Positions 7,170 to 18,300 of a DNA stretch of 64,000 nucleotides are shown piece by piece. Under the pieces are notes generated by a model. That model saw nothing but the letters and a program-made list of their open reading frames with translations. It was not told where the DNA came from and did not search any database. The DNA lies in IMG/VR virus record IMGVR_UViG_3300010883_007299, positions 32,474 to 96,473 of that record. One strand, written 5' to 3'. Numbering within the stretch: the stretch's first letter is position 1; each line of letters starts with the position of its first letter. A program made the position numbers and the translations under genes. The DNA is from a virus.

Positions 7170-9434
7170 TTAGTCTGTAGGACCAGAGTGCATACAGTAA
7201 ACATCACGGTGGTTATCATTTCTATTCCATTGGAACCAACTGTAATGATAACAACTTCTGTTAGTTCTATCATACCCAGCCCACATGACCTTACCTCTAT
7301 CATCTAGGTAAGCCATATTGGGATAGTGTCCAGAACCAAAAGCCATTAGATTAACAAGTCTAGTACCTGACGGCCAAAAAGACTTTCTCTTATTCTCAAA
7401 GTTCAAGCCTTCAAATCCTGCATCGGACGTTGCCGGCCAGTTATGACTGTTCCAACCAGTATCATTTCCACCATGTTGAAACCATCGAGAAGTATAACCA
7501 TCTTCGCCTCTACCACCAGAATATATAGAACCATTATAATCCAAATACATCGGGTCACTATACTGGTATGAAGCATCACCACGATCCGAGTTCCATCCAG
7601 AAACCCATTTAACGTGTTGTGGACCTTTAATCATTGTAAACATATTCTGAATACCACCAGAAGTATACCAGTAGTTATTTGCTGTGACAGAACTACCTCT
7701 ACCACCGTTTGCATAGCCACCATTCATTTCCCAAGTAGCACCTGTACTCTTCTGTCGCATGGCGATCCAATCATCTTCGTTATCACCTCCGATCCAGAAC
7801 TCATCAACATCTCCGTTCGGTCGGAAGTTCAATTTCTTAAATGATCCAAACTGGTGAGCTCCTTGATAACCAATCGGCGCCCAACCTGGCCAGTAACTCT
7901 GATCTTCATAACCACAAGCCCATAGCCAACCATCATTGGTTAAGATCCATGTTGAACCCCAGGTGTTGCCATCCATGACAGCAAACTGTTTGATTCCACC
8001 ATAGTCATTCCAATCAATACCAACTCGTCTTGGATTGTAGGTGTGATATGTACCATTTCTATGACCAAGTCCTAATTCACCGTTATAGTTGTGACCCCAG
8101 GACCATAAGAAACCTTCTTCATCCATTGCATAGAATCTACCTTGTGTCGCACCGCCGGACCATATATCAATAATCATCTTACCATCAAACATTGATTGCG
8201 GAATCCGGAAAGGACGATTAAAATGTGAACTATACCAACCCCAAGGCCAAACAGATGTTCCAGTTTGGTTACCAACAACTTCTCTGGTACCCATTGTAAA
8301 GTCTAGACCATCTGGACCTAAAGAAGTAGTACCTGACCAGTTGCCATCATTCTTAACGTGTGGGTTACCAAAACCAAGTTGACCTTCGTTATTGTATCCC
8401 CACATCCAAACAGAACCATCTTCACCGATAGCACCGGTTGAAGTTGAACCTGTATCTGTAGCAGAACCAGTATTAGTAACTTTAACAATCTTCGTTTGGT
8501 TAAAAGTTTTAGTAGGATTACCAAGCCAATCAGTTGTATCGTTAGCTGTGACTCTTTCTGTCCATGGTCTGGAACTTGTATGCCAAGATCCCATCTGACC
8601 ATGTCCATTATATCCTGCAGAATAAACTTCACCATTATTCATTACGAAATAAGAAGTATCATGTCCATTTACTATTTGCATAGTACGAGGACATTCTCCA
8701 TCAGGAGTAGGTAATCCTTTATCATCTGTATAGGTGTTAGGATTAAAACTGGAACAATCAGAACTCATCAACCAATCTGTGAATGTAAATCCTGTATATC
8801 TGTGTTTACCATAACCATGGCCACCGATCTGACTTTCTCCAAGTCCAGATTTGGATCCGTTATCATCTCCACCAATATGCATTACTGTTCCATCGGAACA
8901 AAGAGCCATACAATCGTGATACCATTGATGTTGGAAAGACCTAGCATCAATACCCATATTGTATCTCCAACCTAATGGGGCGAAGCCGGCAAAAGTAATA
9001 ACTTCGTGACGACCATCTCTGCCACGACGAGATTCAAATACCTTTGTCCAATACTCTGATTCTTCAACCCAAGTATTTCTAAACCTAGTCTGTTTAATAC
9101 ACTGGTAAAATTTACCATTTGCTTTACAGAATTCACCAGGCTCATATTGGCGATGGTAGTCCCAAAGCGCACAATCAGGTGCACCTCTCATGTGTAGTGC
9201 CCAGTAAGTTCTATTATCTGGACGATAACTTCTTTGGACTGCTTCTGGATGTTCAAACGCATAGTTAGTTGTATTAACTGTACCCTCATTGTAGATTACA
9301 AAGTCTACAGGACAGTCCCTAATACAACGATAACTCTTACCGTGCCACTGTACAACATCATTCTTGCTGTAAGCTTTACGAGGTCGCCATCTAGATTTCC
9401 AATTAAGTCTTAATTTACTAGTGTCTAAAGCCAT
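7170..9434 (-). CDS. RCC1/BLIP-II beta-propeller virion protein (paralog 3)
   Basis: Repeats such as VYSAGYNGHGQMG, VWMWGYNNEGQLG and LWSWGHNYNGELG. N-terminal Y.KNDVVQWHGKSY carbohydrate-binding-like modules. Confidence 0.8.
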   Translation of the reverse strand: MALDTSKLRLNWKSRWRPRKAYSKNDVVQWHGKSYRCIRDCPVDFVIYNEGTVNTTNYAFEHPEAVQRSYRPDNRTYWALHMRGAPDCALWDYHRQYEPGEFCKANGKFYQCIKQTRFRNTWVEESEYWTKVFESRRGRDGRHEVITFAGFAPLGWRYNMGIDARSFQHQWYHDCMALCSDGTVMHIGGDDNGSKSGLGESQIGGHGYGKHRYTGFTFTDWLMSSDCSSFNPNTYTDDKGLPTPDGECPRTMQIVNGHDTSYFVMNNGEVYSAGYNGHGQMGSWHTSSRPWTERVTANDTTDWLGNPTKTFNQTKIVKVTNTGSATDTGSTSTGAIGEDGSVWMWGYNNEGQLGFGNPHVKNDGNWSGTTSLGPDGLDFTMGTREVVGNQTGTSVWPWGWYSSHFNRPFRIPQSMFDGKMIIDIWSGGATQGRFYAMDEEGFLWSWGHNYNGELGLGHRNGTYHTYNPRRVGIDWNDYGGIKQFAVMDGNTWGSTWILTNDGWLWACGYEDQSYWPGWAPIGYQGAHQFGSFKKLNFRPNGDVDEFWIGGDNEDDWIAMRQKSTGATWEMNGGYANGGRGSSVTANNYWYTSGGIQNMFTMIKGPQHVKWVSGWNSDRGDASYQYSDPMYLDYNGSIYSGGRGEDGYTSRWFQHGGNDTGWNSHNWPATSDAGFEGLNFENKRKSFWPSGTRLVNLMAFGSGHYPNMAYLDDRGKVMWAGYDRTNRSCYHYSWFQWNRNDNHRDVYCMHSGPTD

Positions 9435-9461
9435 TTGCTTATTACCTTAATTTAATTTGTT

Positions 9462-9875
9462 TTAGAATCCAAGCGCTGTAATGTGAGCTGCTTTATCTGT
9501 TTCTACTTGTGCCAAGCCATCAACAATTGCCGTTGTTCCCGCAGAAACACCAGCCAGGATTTCAACTTGTGATTTGCCAGTCATAAAAGCATCTTCCATT
9601 GCTTGTAGTTCCTGCCTTAACTGACCTTGTGACATTGCCTCAACCTTGACTGCATCAAGGACTGCTTGATCGTCTGCTACTCCCTTATCATATACTTTAA
9701 CTTCGTAGTCTCCCTGAGGCGCCACTACAGTTACATTACTGTCATCGTAAGAAAAGAACTCTTTGTCATCATATGATAACAAGAAAACAGGTGTATCAGC
9801 TACATCAGAATACGCAGGTTGCACATAATCGTTATTGAGGGCAGTAGCCTTGTGACTATAAATTTTCGCTGCCAT
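9462..9875 (-). CDS. Hypothetical protein (possible fibre assembly factor)
   Basis: 137 aa with GGAG SD and a TATAAATA upstream, located between RCC1 genes. Confidence 0.65.
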   Translation of the reverse strand: MAAKIYSHKATALNNDYVQPAYSDVADTPVFLLSYDDKEFFSYDDSNVTVVAPQGDYEVKVYDKGVADDQAVLDAVKVEAMSQGQLRQELQAMEDAFMTGKSQVEILAGVSAGTTAIVDGLAQVETDKAAHITALGF

Positions 9876-9918
9876 TTTATTTTATCTCCGTTATAAAAAA
9901 TATTTTGTTTTGTTGTAC

Positions 9919-9926
9919 TATTTATA
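9919..9926 (-). promoter_or_regulatory. T4-type late promoter TATAAATA
   Basis: Exact consensus in the intergenic region. Confidence 0.7.
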
Positions 9927-9929
9927 TAG

Positions 9930-12695
9930 TTATCGGCCTATGCCTGGGTTAATCATTTGACCATTATTGTGACTGTTGTAAGTCCAATCATTATGTCCAC
10001 CAGCATGGTTTCCATCATTACTACTATGGCCACTGAATCCGATTACTAATTGTTGTCCATCTTCTGTGATGAACCAAGGCATCATACCATACCAACTGGC
10101 AGCTTGATGACCTCCTTGTGGTATAATATGTGAAATCTTAGTGCCAGCAGGTTGATAAACATGGTAAGGTTTATAAGTTCCATCTTCACCCGTCCAGTTA
10201 TCGGCAGCATGAGGATTAGCACAACTTTTATAATTGTTTCGACCCTGTGTAAAGCATTCGCCTTCATCCGTAAGCCAATAACCCATATTGCCATCAGAAT
10301 ACGTACCGCAATAATAAACTTCTTTCAGGTTCTTAATCTTACCAATGAGTACAGGCGGATAGTTATTGCCTGTGCCACCATCACCAGAAGCATAATAAGT
10401 TCCAGAAAATCCAGCATGGTAAGTATCACCATTCTGAGTTCTCATCCACAAACCGTGGTAAGAGTTAAAGTGTTGTCCCCAAATGTCAACAATATTACCA
10501 TTAGGCGGACTTGTCATTTTTGTAGGACTGTCTTGATGGTTAGTTGTATCCGCACCACTAGCGTTACCATAACCGTTATAGCCACCATGCCACACAAAGC
10601 CGTTGCCGTCTAATATATAAACACATGTGTTACTGGAATATCCAGCAATTTGCCAAGCGGCGATACCATTATTAGCAACAGGATCCCACGGTGTAGTAGA
10701 TCCACCACCCCACTTCACAGGACGCCAATAGTCAGTTGTGTTATTCTGATTGAACCAACCAGAGTTATTACTACCCCAACAATAGAGTTGATCGTCTGCT
10801 GTTCTTGCCCAACAACCTTGATAGTTGTCTCCGCAAGTAGCAATATCTACTATTCGTTTGTTCTCAAAGTATTCTTGAGGAATCTTATATGGAGCACCCC
10901 AACTTTCTGTACGTCCATTTCCTAACTGACCGTAACCATTGTAACCCCATGTCCAAACCTGACCCTTATCATCAAGAGCCATACAAGTATGTGTATCGGT
11001 CTCTTGCTGAGTACCAGTAGAAATCTTGATGATGTGAACACCTTCCAAGTTTTGTACGGGTTGCGGAACTGGATGATTTGTGAATTGTCCACCACCAGCC
11101 TGACCGTGGCCACCATAACCTTTATGGTGTACTTCGCCATTATCAAACAGCCAGTAATGAAAACCCCAACCTCTTTCTATCTGTACACATTTAGGTGTAT
11201 GGAATTTACCAACTCGGTTTGTATGCCTTCCTCTCCATTCGCCACCTTTAATGCCAGAATCGTGAGCACCAAACCAGTTCTTATCTTCTGACTCATGCCA
11301 ATCACGGAACTGGAAGTCCATTTCCATCCAGTAACCAATTCCATCATCGGTGTGGCCATTCCAAGCTTCTGCGCCAGCAGTTGGGCCCCGTCCTAGATTC
11401 CATACCGTTCCGTTCTTATCAATCATAGCACGTGAACGATAGGTTTCAAAGTTACTATTGTTTACGTTCTTATAGGGCCAATTCATTCTGCCCATGTTGT
11501 TCGCCCAAATAGTAGCCTGTTGGTTTGTATTACCACCCGAAAGGTTTTCCCATCTCTGATCGAAACCTTGATTTTCTTCTGGAACACCTCGGTGATCCAA
11601 TGCAGTTCCTATACCAGAAGTATTTGTAGTATCTTTAGCACTCTCTACCAATGGTCCGCCATGTCCACCTGTCTTACCCATATCAACTGACATAAGTTTT
11701 GAACGTGTCCTTTCCATTGATTGACTTGTCTGCGGCGGTGTACCGCTAGTATCAGCCAAAGCCCTATAGAATCCAACTGTAGAATATGAACGTTGGTCAG
11801 GCACGTTTAGGTTTGTTTGTGGTGTACCACCTGTACCAGTGTGGTGTCTATAAGAAACTAGATCACCCCAATAATACTGTTTACTTGCTTCCCATACGCC
11901 TCGATAAGTTAGACCAGGCATTGTCATTAGATCCCAATATGAATGTCCTATCCAACCTTGTTCAATAATGAGTCCTTTATCATACCACATATCAGCAGTA
12001 GCAACACTAAAGGGATAAACTCGTTCTTCTCCAGCAGGGACATGGAGCTCGACACGACGATGCCTATTAGCCATTGTGTTAAACAATGTTGCTGTTGCCA
12101 TAGAAGCAACATAAGCTGTCTGTGTAACTTCTTTTCTATTCAAGTAATATTTTAAAGGCGAATCAACAGTACTGTTCCAAATAGTTGTTCCAGAACCATG
12201 AGTACCATCAGCCGCTAAACTGAAGTCTAAAGCATAACCTTGGTTAGTGCTGTGGTTCTGATAAAAACTAAAATGACCACACTCATAGAAGTATGGTAGA
12301 CTCTCAGAATTCATTGCATTACCACTAACACCAGCAATTTTAAATCGCTGAGTGGTTTCTAGTTCTGTTTCAACCTCGTAATTATTTTCTACGGGTTTGA
12401 GGTTGTAATGAAAATTGCCATCGTCAGTCAAAGAATGATATGCATTAATATCTATATCAGATTCTAAACGACCCTTGGCCATATTTTCCCGTGTGTTCCA
12501 TATAGTTCTATGATTTTTATATCCTAGACCTTTGTCGCCCGGAGCGAATGTTTCAAACCCATTAGCGAGATAACCCTGAGTATTAATCCACAACTTACCA
12601 CCCCACTGAACTACATCGTCCAATTCGTAGGTAATATTGGGATCCCATTCTCCTTCAAATGCGAGTTTAATTTTTCCTAAATCAATTTTAGCCAT
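9930..12695 (-). CDS. RCC1/BLIP-II beta-propeller virion protein (paralog 2)
   Basis: VWTWGYNGYGQLGNG and related repeats. N-terminus MAKIDLGKIKLAFEGEW...YELDDVVQWGG. Confidence 0.82.
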   Translation of the reverse strand: MAKIDLGKIKLAFEGEWDPNITYELDDVVQWGGKLWINTQGYLANGFETFAPGDKGLGYKNHRTIWNTRENMAKGRLESDIDINAYHSLTDDGNFHYNLKPVENNYEVETELETTQRFKIAGVSGNAMNSESLPYFYECGHFSFYQNHSTNQGYALDFSLAADGTHGSGTTIWNSTVDSPLKYYLNRKEVTQTAYVASMATATLFNTMANRHRRVELHVPAGEERVYPFSVATADMWYDKGLIIEQGWIGHSYWDLMTMPGLTYRGVWEASKQYYWGDLVSYRHHTGTGGTPQTNLNVPDQRSYSTVGFYRALADTSGTPPQTSQSMERTRSKLMSVDMGKTGGHGGPLVESAKDTTNTSGIGTALDHRGVPEENQGFDQRWENLSGGNTNQQATIWANNMGRMNWPYKNVNNSNFETYRSRAMIDKNGTVWNLGRGPTAGAEAWNGHTDDGIGYWMEMDFQFRDWHESEDKNWFGAHDSGIKGGEWRGRHTNRVGKFHTPKCVQIERGWGFHYWLFDNGEVHHKGYGGHGQAGGGQFTNHPVPQPVQNLEGVHIIKISTGTQQETDTHTCMALDDKGQVWTWGYNGYGQLGNGRTESWGAPYKIPQEYFENKRIVDIATCGDNYQGCWARTADDQLYCWGSNNSGWFNQNNTTDYWRPVKWGGGSTTPWDPVANNGIAAWQIAGYSSNTCVYILDGNGFVWHGGYNGYGNASGADTTNHQDSPTKMTSPPNGNIVDIWGQHFNSYHGLWMRTQNGDTYHAGFSGTYYASGDGGTGNNYPPVLIGKIKNLKEVYYCGTYSDGNMGYWLTDEGECFTQGRNNYKSCANPHAADNWTGEDGTYKPYHVYQPAGTKISHIIPQGGHQAASWYGMMPWFITEDGQQLVIGFSGHSSNDGNHAGGHNDWTYNSHNNGQMINPGIGR

Positions 12696-12718
12696 TGCTT
12701 TTTTCCCTGTTTAAATTT

Positions 12719-15313
12719 TTATCCAATAGGTGGCGGAGACATAACGTTTTCTCTGCTATTTCTCATGCCGCCATCCATATAATGTGATTCGTACCCACAA
12801 TGTAGGAACCTGTTTCTATCTGTAATTATACTACAACGCCAATAGTGATTGGTTGTATCATTAGATGTATAACCAAAAGGCCTAATACTTCTAATATGTC
12901 CTTGACAATCATTCATCAGTCGAGGCATCTGGGCATAACCATTACTCCTATCTTCAATTCCGTTTGGTCTATCTTGACTTGCATTAGCATAAGTGTCAGA
13001 CCAACCCATTGAAGATGAACCACGACTATTTCTTCCACCCACAAACATATGTCCACCGTTTGTTAAGATAAAGACATTATGATAATCATAACCACTCATG
13101 CCCCATACACCCTTAATGTCTTTCATGGATACACCAAGGTTTGTGCCACCTACACTAAACTGTGGTATAACCGGAGCGTTTGTGTTTGAAGCACTTCCGT
13201 TACATAATTGATAATTTTGATTACTACCACAAGCCTGCATATTTCCATCATCGCCTTTAACGTATATGGAACCATATTGGCCACATCCAATTAACCAGAA
13301 GTTTGCAGCTGTACCTGTACCAGAACCATAACCCAAAGAAGCTTGAGTAAATATATTCTGTTGACTTGTCGTTCCTGACATAGCCCAACCTCTACCATTA
13401 TATCCAGTGGTATAAATCTTCCCAGCAGATGTAAGAGCACAAGCCCTTCCATATGAAGCTCGTTCATCACACCAGAATTTTACAATAGTTTCACCCACAC
13501 CCAATTCTAGATGTGCGCCACTACCATCCTCACCAATAGCAAGTAATGGAGCTGTAGCCTGTGATGTACTATTAATTCCTAACTGACCGTAACCATTATA
13601 ACCGCAACTGTAAATTCTACCCTGTGCAGTATAGAAATAACTGGATCCATATGAACCACCACACATCCACATATCTCTAATTTTCTGCAAGTTAAAGAAA
13701 GCGTTGTTAATCTTCTGAGGTCTATTATGGTTAGTTGTACTACCAATTCCTAACTGACCGTAACCATTGTAGCCCCACATCCAAACATCACCATTCTCGT
13801 CAATAGCACCACAGTGGTGTGTACTATCACCTTCACTAGACCAGTTAGAAAGATGAATGTCAGACATTCTTAAATCTCTCCAAACGTGTGTTGCTGTGTT
13901 TGTAGCGTCATAAATTTCTTGATATGTACCACCAACTCGTTGCGGAAAACTTCTACTTGAGTTTGCCGCATCTCCATTCTGTCCATGTCCACCATAACCC
14001 CAGTGATACACTTCGCCATTGTTCATCAAGACCAAACCAGTTTCGTAACCTACCTGATACTTAATAACTTTAGGAGCTTTTCCATCTGGAGTATTATGTA
14101 CACCTGTTCCACCATGATCTGTAGAACGGTACCAATCCAAAAATGGAAAGTTTACATTACTCATTGTCATCATAGTTTGGTTGTGAGCATTCTGACCCGT
14201 AGAAGATGAACCCTGGACCATAATGTTACCACGACCACCAATGAATGTTGGAAAGTTATGAGCCTCATATTTCTGATAGTTATTACCCAATCGTCGTGTT
14301 GGGTTATCCATACCCAAGACAGTTTCATGCATAGGTTGTTCTATCGCTTCGATATAGTCACCAGTAAATGTTGCAATCTGTCCTTGTGCCTTATCAGAAG
14401 CAATAACACTGTCATCAAAATCTTCATCAGAAGATACTAGATCCCAGTTAGCATTGTTGTTCCAAGGCAATGTGGTATTTGTTCCATCAGCTTGATGATC
14501 CTGTACACAAATGTAATTCGCCTTTGTTGTTCTTACCTGGTCATGCATCAAGAAGCCTGAGCCTCCAGTAGCATCACCACCAGAAAACTGTGAACCACCT
14601 AGTGTGTTATCATAAGGAACATCAATATGAACTACATCGTTTACATAGTACTGTGTGGTTGCTGTATTAACGTGTGCTCCCTTCCAATCAAGACTTTCTC
14701 TAACAGTTCGCCAGTACATTGTAGCATTAGTAACTGTAATTTCGTTACCCATGCCTGTACCGTGGACGCCACAATGATACCAAAGGTCTGCAGGTGATCC
14801 ACCTGCAGGTGCAGTATCATGTACACTAATTTCTATTCGTCTTGTTGTAGCAGCATTAAAGTTTGTAACATTTTCGTACTGTGCCTGTGATTTCAACCTA
14901 CCATCAAGATAGTAACGAACTCCTTTTGCATAATCTGCTACTGAAACATTACCGTTTGTTCCAAATAGCATCGGATGTCCGTCATTTGTAGAATCATCTT
15001 GATTAAAATGATGAAGTTCACCCCGTTTGAAAGTTAATGCTGGGTTAGTTATAGCAGCCGCATTTTGCATACCTTGACCAGCAAGAAAGAAAGTGTTTCC
15101 TGATCCACTTGGATATGTTGTACCAGCAGCGACAGTAACTAGATAATCAACTTCCCTGGGAATAGAGGGTAAGTTACCTGTACTTGGAGCAACACAAACA
15201 AAATCAGTGTTTCCTCTCTGCACTACATCGTCAATGACATAAGCGGTACCAGCGTTGTAATCGCCCTTATAATTGAAATGCAAATTTCCTATATTTGTTG
15301 TTGTGACTGACAT
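12719..15313 (-). CDS. RCC1/BLIP-II beta-propeller virion protein (paralog 1) with a cupredoxin-like domain
   Basis: VWMWGYNGYGQLG and IYSCGYNGYGQLG repeats. GHPM...WYHCGVHGTGMG motif. Confidence 0.82.
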   Translation of the reverse strand: MSVTTTNIGNLHFNYKGDYNAGTAYVIDDVVQRGNTDFVCVAPSTGNLPSIPREVDYLVTVAAGTTYPSGSGNTFFLAGQGMQNAAAITNPALTFKRGELHHFNQDDSTNDGHPMLFGTNGNVSVADYAKGVRYYLDGRLKSQAQYENVTNFNAATTRRIEISVHDTAPAGGSPADLWYHCGVHGTGMGNEITVTNATMYWRTVRESLDWKGAHVNTATTQYYVNDVVHIDVPYDNTLGGSQFSGGDATGGSGFLMHDQVRTTKANYICVQDHQADGTNTTLPWNNNANWDLVSSDEDFDDSVIASDKAQGQIATFTGDYIEAIEQPMHETVLGMDNPTRRLGNNYQKYEAHNFPTFIGGRGNIMVQGSSSTGQNAHNQTMMTMSNVNFPFLDWYRSTDHGGTGVHNTPDGKAPKVIKYQVGYETGLVLMNNGEVYHWGYGGHGQNGDAANSSRSFPQRVGGTYQEIYDATNTATHVWRDLRMSDIHLSNWSSEGDSTHHCGAIDENGDVWMWGYNGYGQLGIGSTTNHNRPQKINNAFFNLQKIRDMWMCGGSYGSSYFYTAQGRIYSCGYNGYGQLGINSTSQATAPLLAIGEDGSGAHLELGVGETIVKFWCDERASYGRACALTSAGKIYTTGYNGRGWAMSGTTSQQNIFTQASLGYGSGTGTAANFWLIGCGQYGSIYVKGDDGNMQACGSNQNYQLCNGSASNTNAPVIPQFSVGGTNLGVSMKDIKGVWGMSGYDYHNVFILTNGGHMFVGGRNSRGSSSMGWSDTYANASQDRPNGIEDRSNGYAQMPRLMNDCQGHIRSIRPFGYTSNDTTNHYWRCSIITDRNRFLHCGYESHYMDGGMRNSRENVMSPPPIG

Positions 15314-15337
15314 CGTTATTCGTCCTCTATCCTTTTA

Positions 15338-18300
15338 TTATGATACGTTCATTTGTAGATGCCCATTAGCATCAATTTCTAATGTGGCAGCTTCACCAGC
15401 GGCAAACCAGAAAGCAGCGTTTCCGAAAGTAGCTGTTTGTGATGGAACATTATAGTTTGTGGATACAACGTGTGACAATCCACCTGTCTCACTATTATAA
15501 ACCAATGCAGTAGCCGCAGGAGCGTCATACTTATCTGCATATGTTTTATTAACTATATCGGCATCAACTGTCGGCACAATTGCAGTTTGTGTCTGGGCTT
15601 CTAGTAAAATCTTACCAGTTCCATTTGTCTGCACTTTCAAATCACCGTCTGTAACCGTGGTGATAAGAATATTACTATGTAGTTTTAACTGACCAACAAG
15701 AATTTCGTTGACTGTCAAGTTGTTACTACCACCACCCAACTGGGTCTCAACATACGTTCTAATTGCTTTCTCTGTTACAAGAGCATTATCTGAATTTCCT
15801 GACAATGTTCCATCTGTTGAGAATTCTGAAACTGTAGCCCCAAAACTTCCCAGAGCAACAGATCCCAGTGACAATTCTTGTAGACCTGAAAGGTCAAAAC
15901 TCTCAGCATTAAGTGTAGCCTTACCTGTGGCCTGATGTACTTTAAATAGGTCACCAACTCTGTAGTTACCATCTTGGTCAGTCGATGTGTAGAATACTCT
16001 ACCACGATCTAACTCAACAACTTCATCGTCAGCATCAGATGCCTGTAATGGTTCTTCAGTCGGATAGTTGGTGTCTGCAAAACTACCAGTACCAATATCC
16101 AAGAAGTCATGTCCAGTCATTCTGATGTTAGAGTACTTATCCCTAAACGTAATGGCTGTATTGTCAGGCGGAGTTAATGACTTTGTTATAAGCGGCGAAC
16201 ACTGAATTGTTGCCTGTCCAAGACCACCTGTAACTGCATTGGCCGTAGAACTAACAAACAAGTGTGCTGTTGTATTCGATGATACACCAACATTCACAGT
16301 AAGCGTTGTTGCAGCTATTGCTGTGATGGACAATGATTTTCCTGATGCAGGATCACTGGCCCTTGGATATGTATGGTTACTACCATGACTATCATGAGCA
16401 CAAGTAAATGTTAAACTGTTATTTACAATCTCTATCGTTTGACCAACTGTCAAAGTGTGTGTTCCAACAGTCAATACTAATACACCTGTTATGGGATCAT
16501 ATGTTGCCGCAGACGGAGTAAACTTCGACTGGCCCTGGTAATTAGTAGCTGCAACAACCAAGTAACTTGTATTGCTGTCATGTGCAAACTGAAAACTAGC
16601 TCCTTCTTTAGGTGCCTTAGATAGACCATCAGCAACAAAACTGTTACCCACTGGGTTGATGTTTGAATAACCATCACCACTTACGGTTCCTGTTGTTGTT
16701 GCAGTCTTATATCCTGTACCACCCACAGTAATAGTTGATTGGCCAATTACTCCATTACCTATTACAGGAGTTGCAGTTCCTAATGTTGTTGCATTGGGGT
16801 CAGTAATTATTGCTGTTGGTGCAGAACTATATCCTGCTCCGGTATCAAGAATAAAGATTTTCTGAATCTTCGATGATTTAACCGACACTCTAGCCAAAGC
16901 AGTTCTAGTAGGTGAACCACCGCCTGTAAAATGAATTCGTGGTTCAATTTCATAAGTCGTTGTGGCATTTAGTGATGTCTCAGCAGATGATCTGCCTCCA
17001 AAATAATCCCAACCAGAACTTGCAACTTCATTAACCATTGTACAGACTTTAGTTGATCCGTTATGGGCCTGAATAACGCCTGTCTGACCACAACCAGTAC
17101 CATCGGTAATAGTCAATCTCATTCCATTATAGAAACCAGTTACATTTGTATCTGACAGAGCAAGAGTAATAGTTGTTGCAGTACCAGTCTGAGCAGATGA
17201 TGTAGTTGTTATATGGTTCTCACCAACTGTTGTAACATCAACGTGTCTAACACCACCATCATTGATAGCAAGTGTAGCAGCCCCACTAGCGCCTGCACCC
17301 GAAAATGCGATTGTAGCGGTTTCTATAGTAGCAACATTAAATGTTAGTGCAGGTGCACCGCCGCCTCCCAACTGAGAGTCGTTGATACTAATTGTATCAG
17401 CTGCGACATGAGCATCACCACCACTAATTAGGAGATGAGCCGTTACTTGACCAGAACTACCAATATCTATATTAACTATTAAGCCAGTACCAGAACCTGT
17501 TGTAGCGTCTTGAGTACAAGCAACATAAGAACCTTGAGTTCGTGAAGCGTGAGCCGCACCAAAAGTACCTAGTGTAGCGCCAACGCCATGGTTATAATTA
17601 TTACCAGCGTATTCAAATTCGATTCTCTGTATAGCACCTGTGCCTGCAGTATTATGTCCTGCAAGTACTCGTCCCACTACAGCCTGTTGGCTTAAGTTAT
17701 TAACAGTACCTGTTGCAGGTACTTCAAGTGGGTCTACACCAGAAGATACAGCTCCGTATTCTCCGTATGAGTTATTACAGTTTGCAGCTCGAATTGTACC
17801 ACCCGAATCTGCAAGGTAACCCATGTGACAGTAGTATGTAAATACAGAAACAATTTCTGATCTACCAGCATTTTTCATCCATACGCCAACACCATCGTCA
17901 CATATTTGTGTGAAGTCATTAGAAAGAATAGAATCATAACCCATGGGTTGTAATCCACCATCGACTTTAATACCTACAGCGCCCGAATAACTAACGTGTA
18001 CTGCGTTCTGAACAAACGGTGACTGTAGATAAACAAGTCCGTTTGGATTAAGAGCAACAGCAACACCAGACCTTGTAGCGCCTGCTGTTTCTGTCGGTCG
18101 TTGTAGACCATCAGATGAAGCAGAAGCCAACTGACCGATAAGACCATTCATGGACACGCCACGAATAGTAGTCTTTTCGGTCATCTGGAACATATCAGAA
18201 CGGTTGTTAGGTGTTGTACTATCGTCAGAAGTTCCTGGTCCAGGCCTGACTGTAACACTTCTCATCTCATCACCCATAACAGCAACACCTTCTGGTATTG

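Noticed and set aside
7170-15313. Diversity-generating retroelement targeting the RCC1 or fibre genes
   Set aside because: No reverse transcriptase and no adenine-specific template/variable repeat pair was seen in the window.
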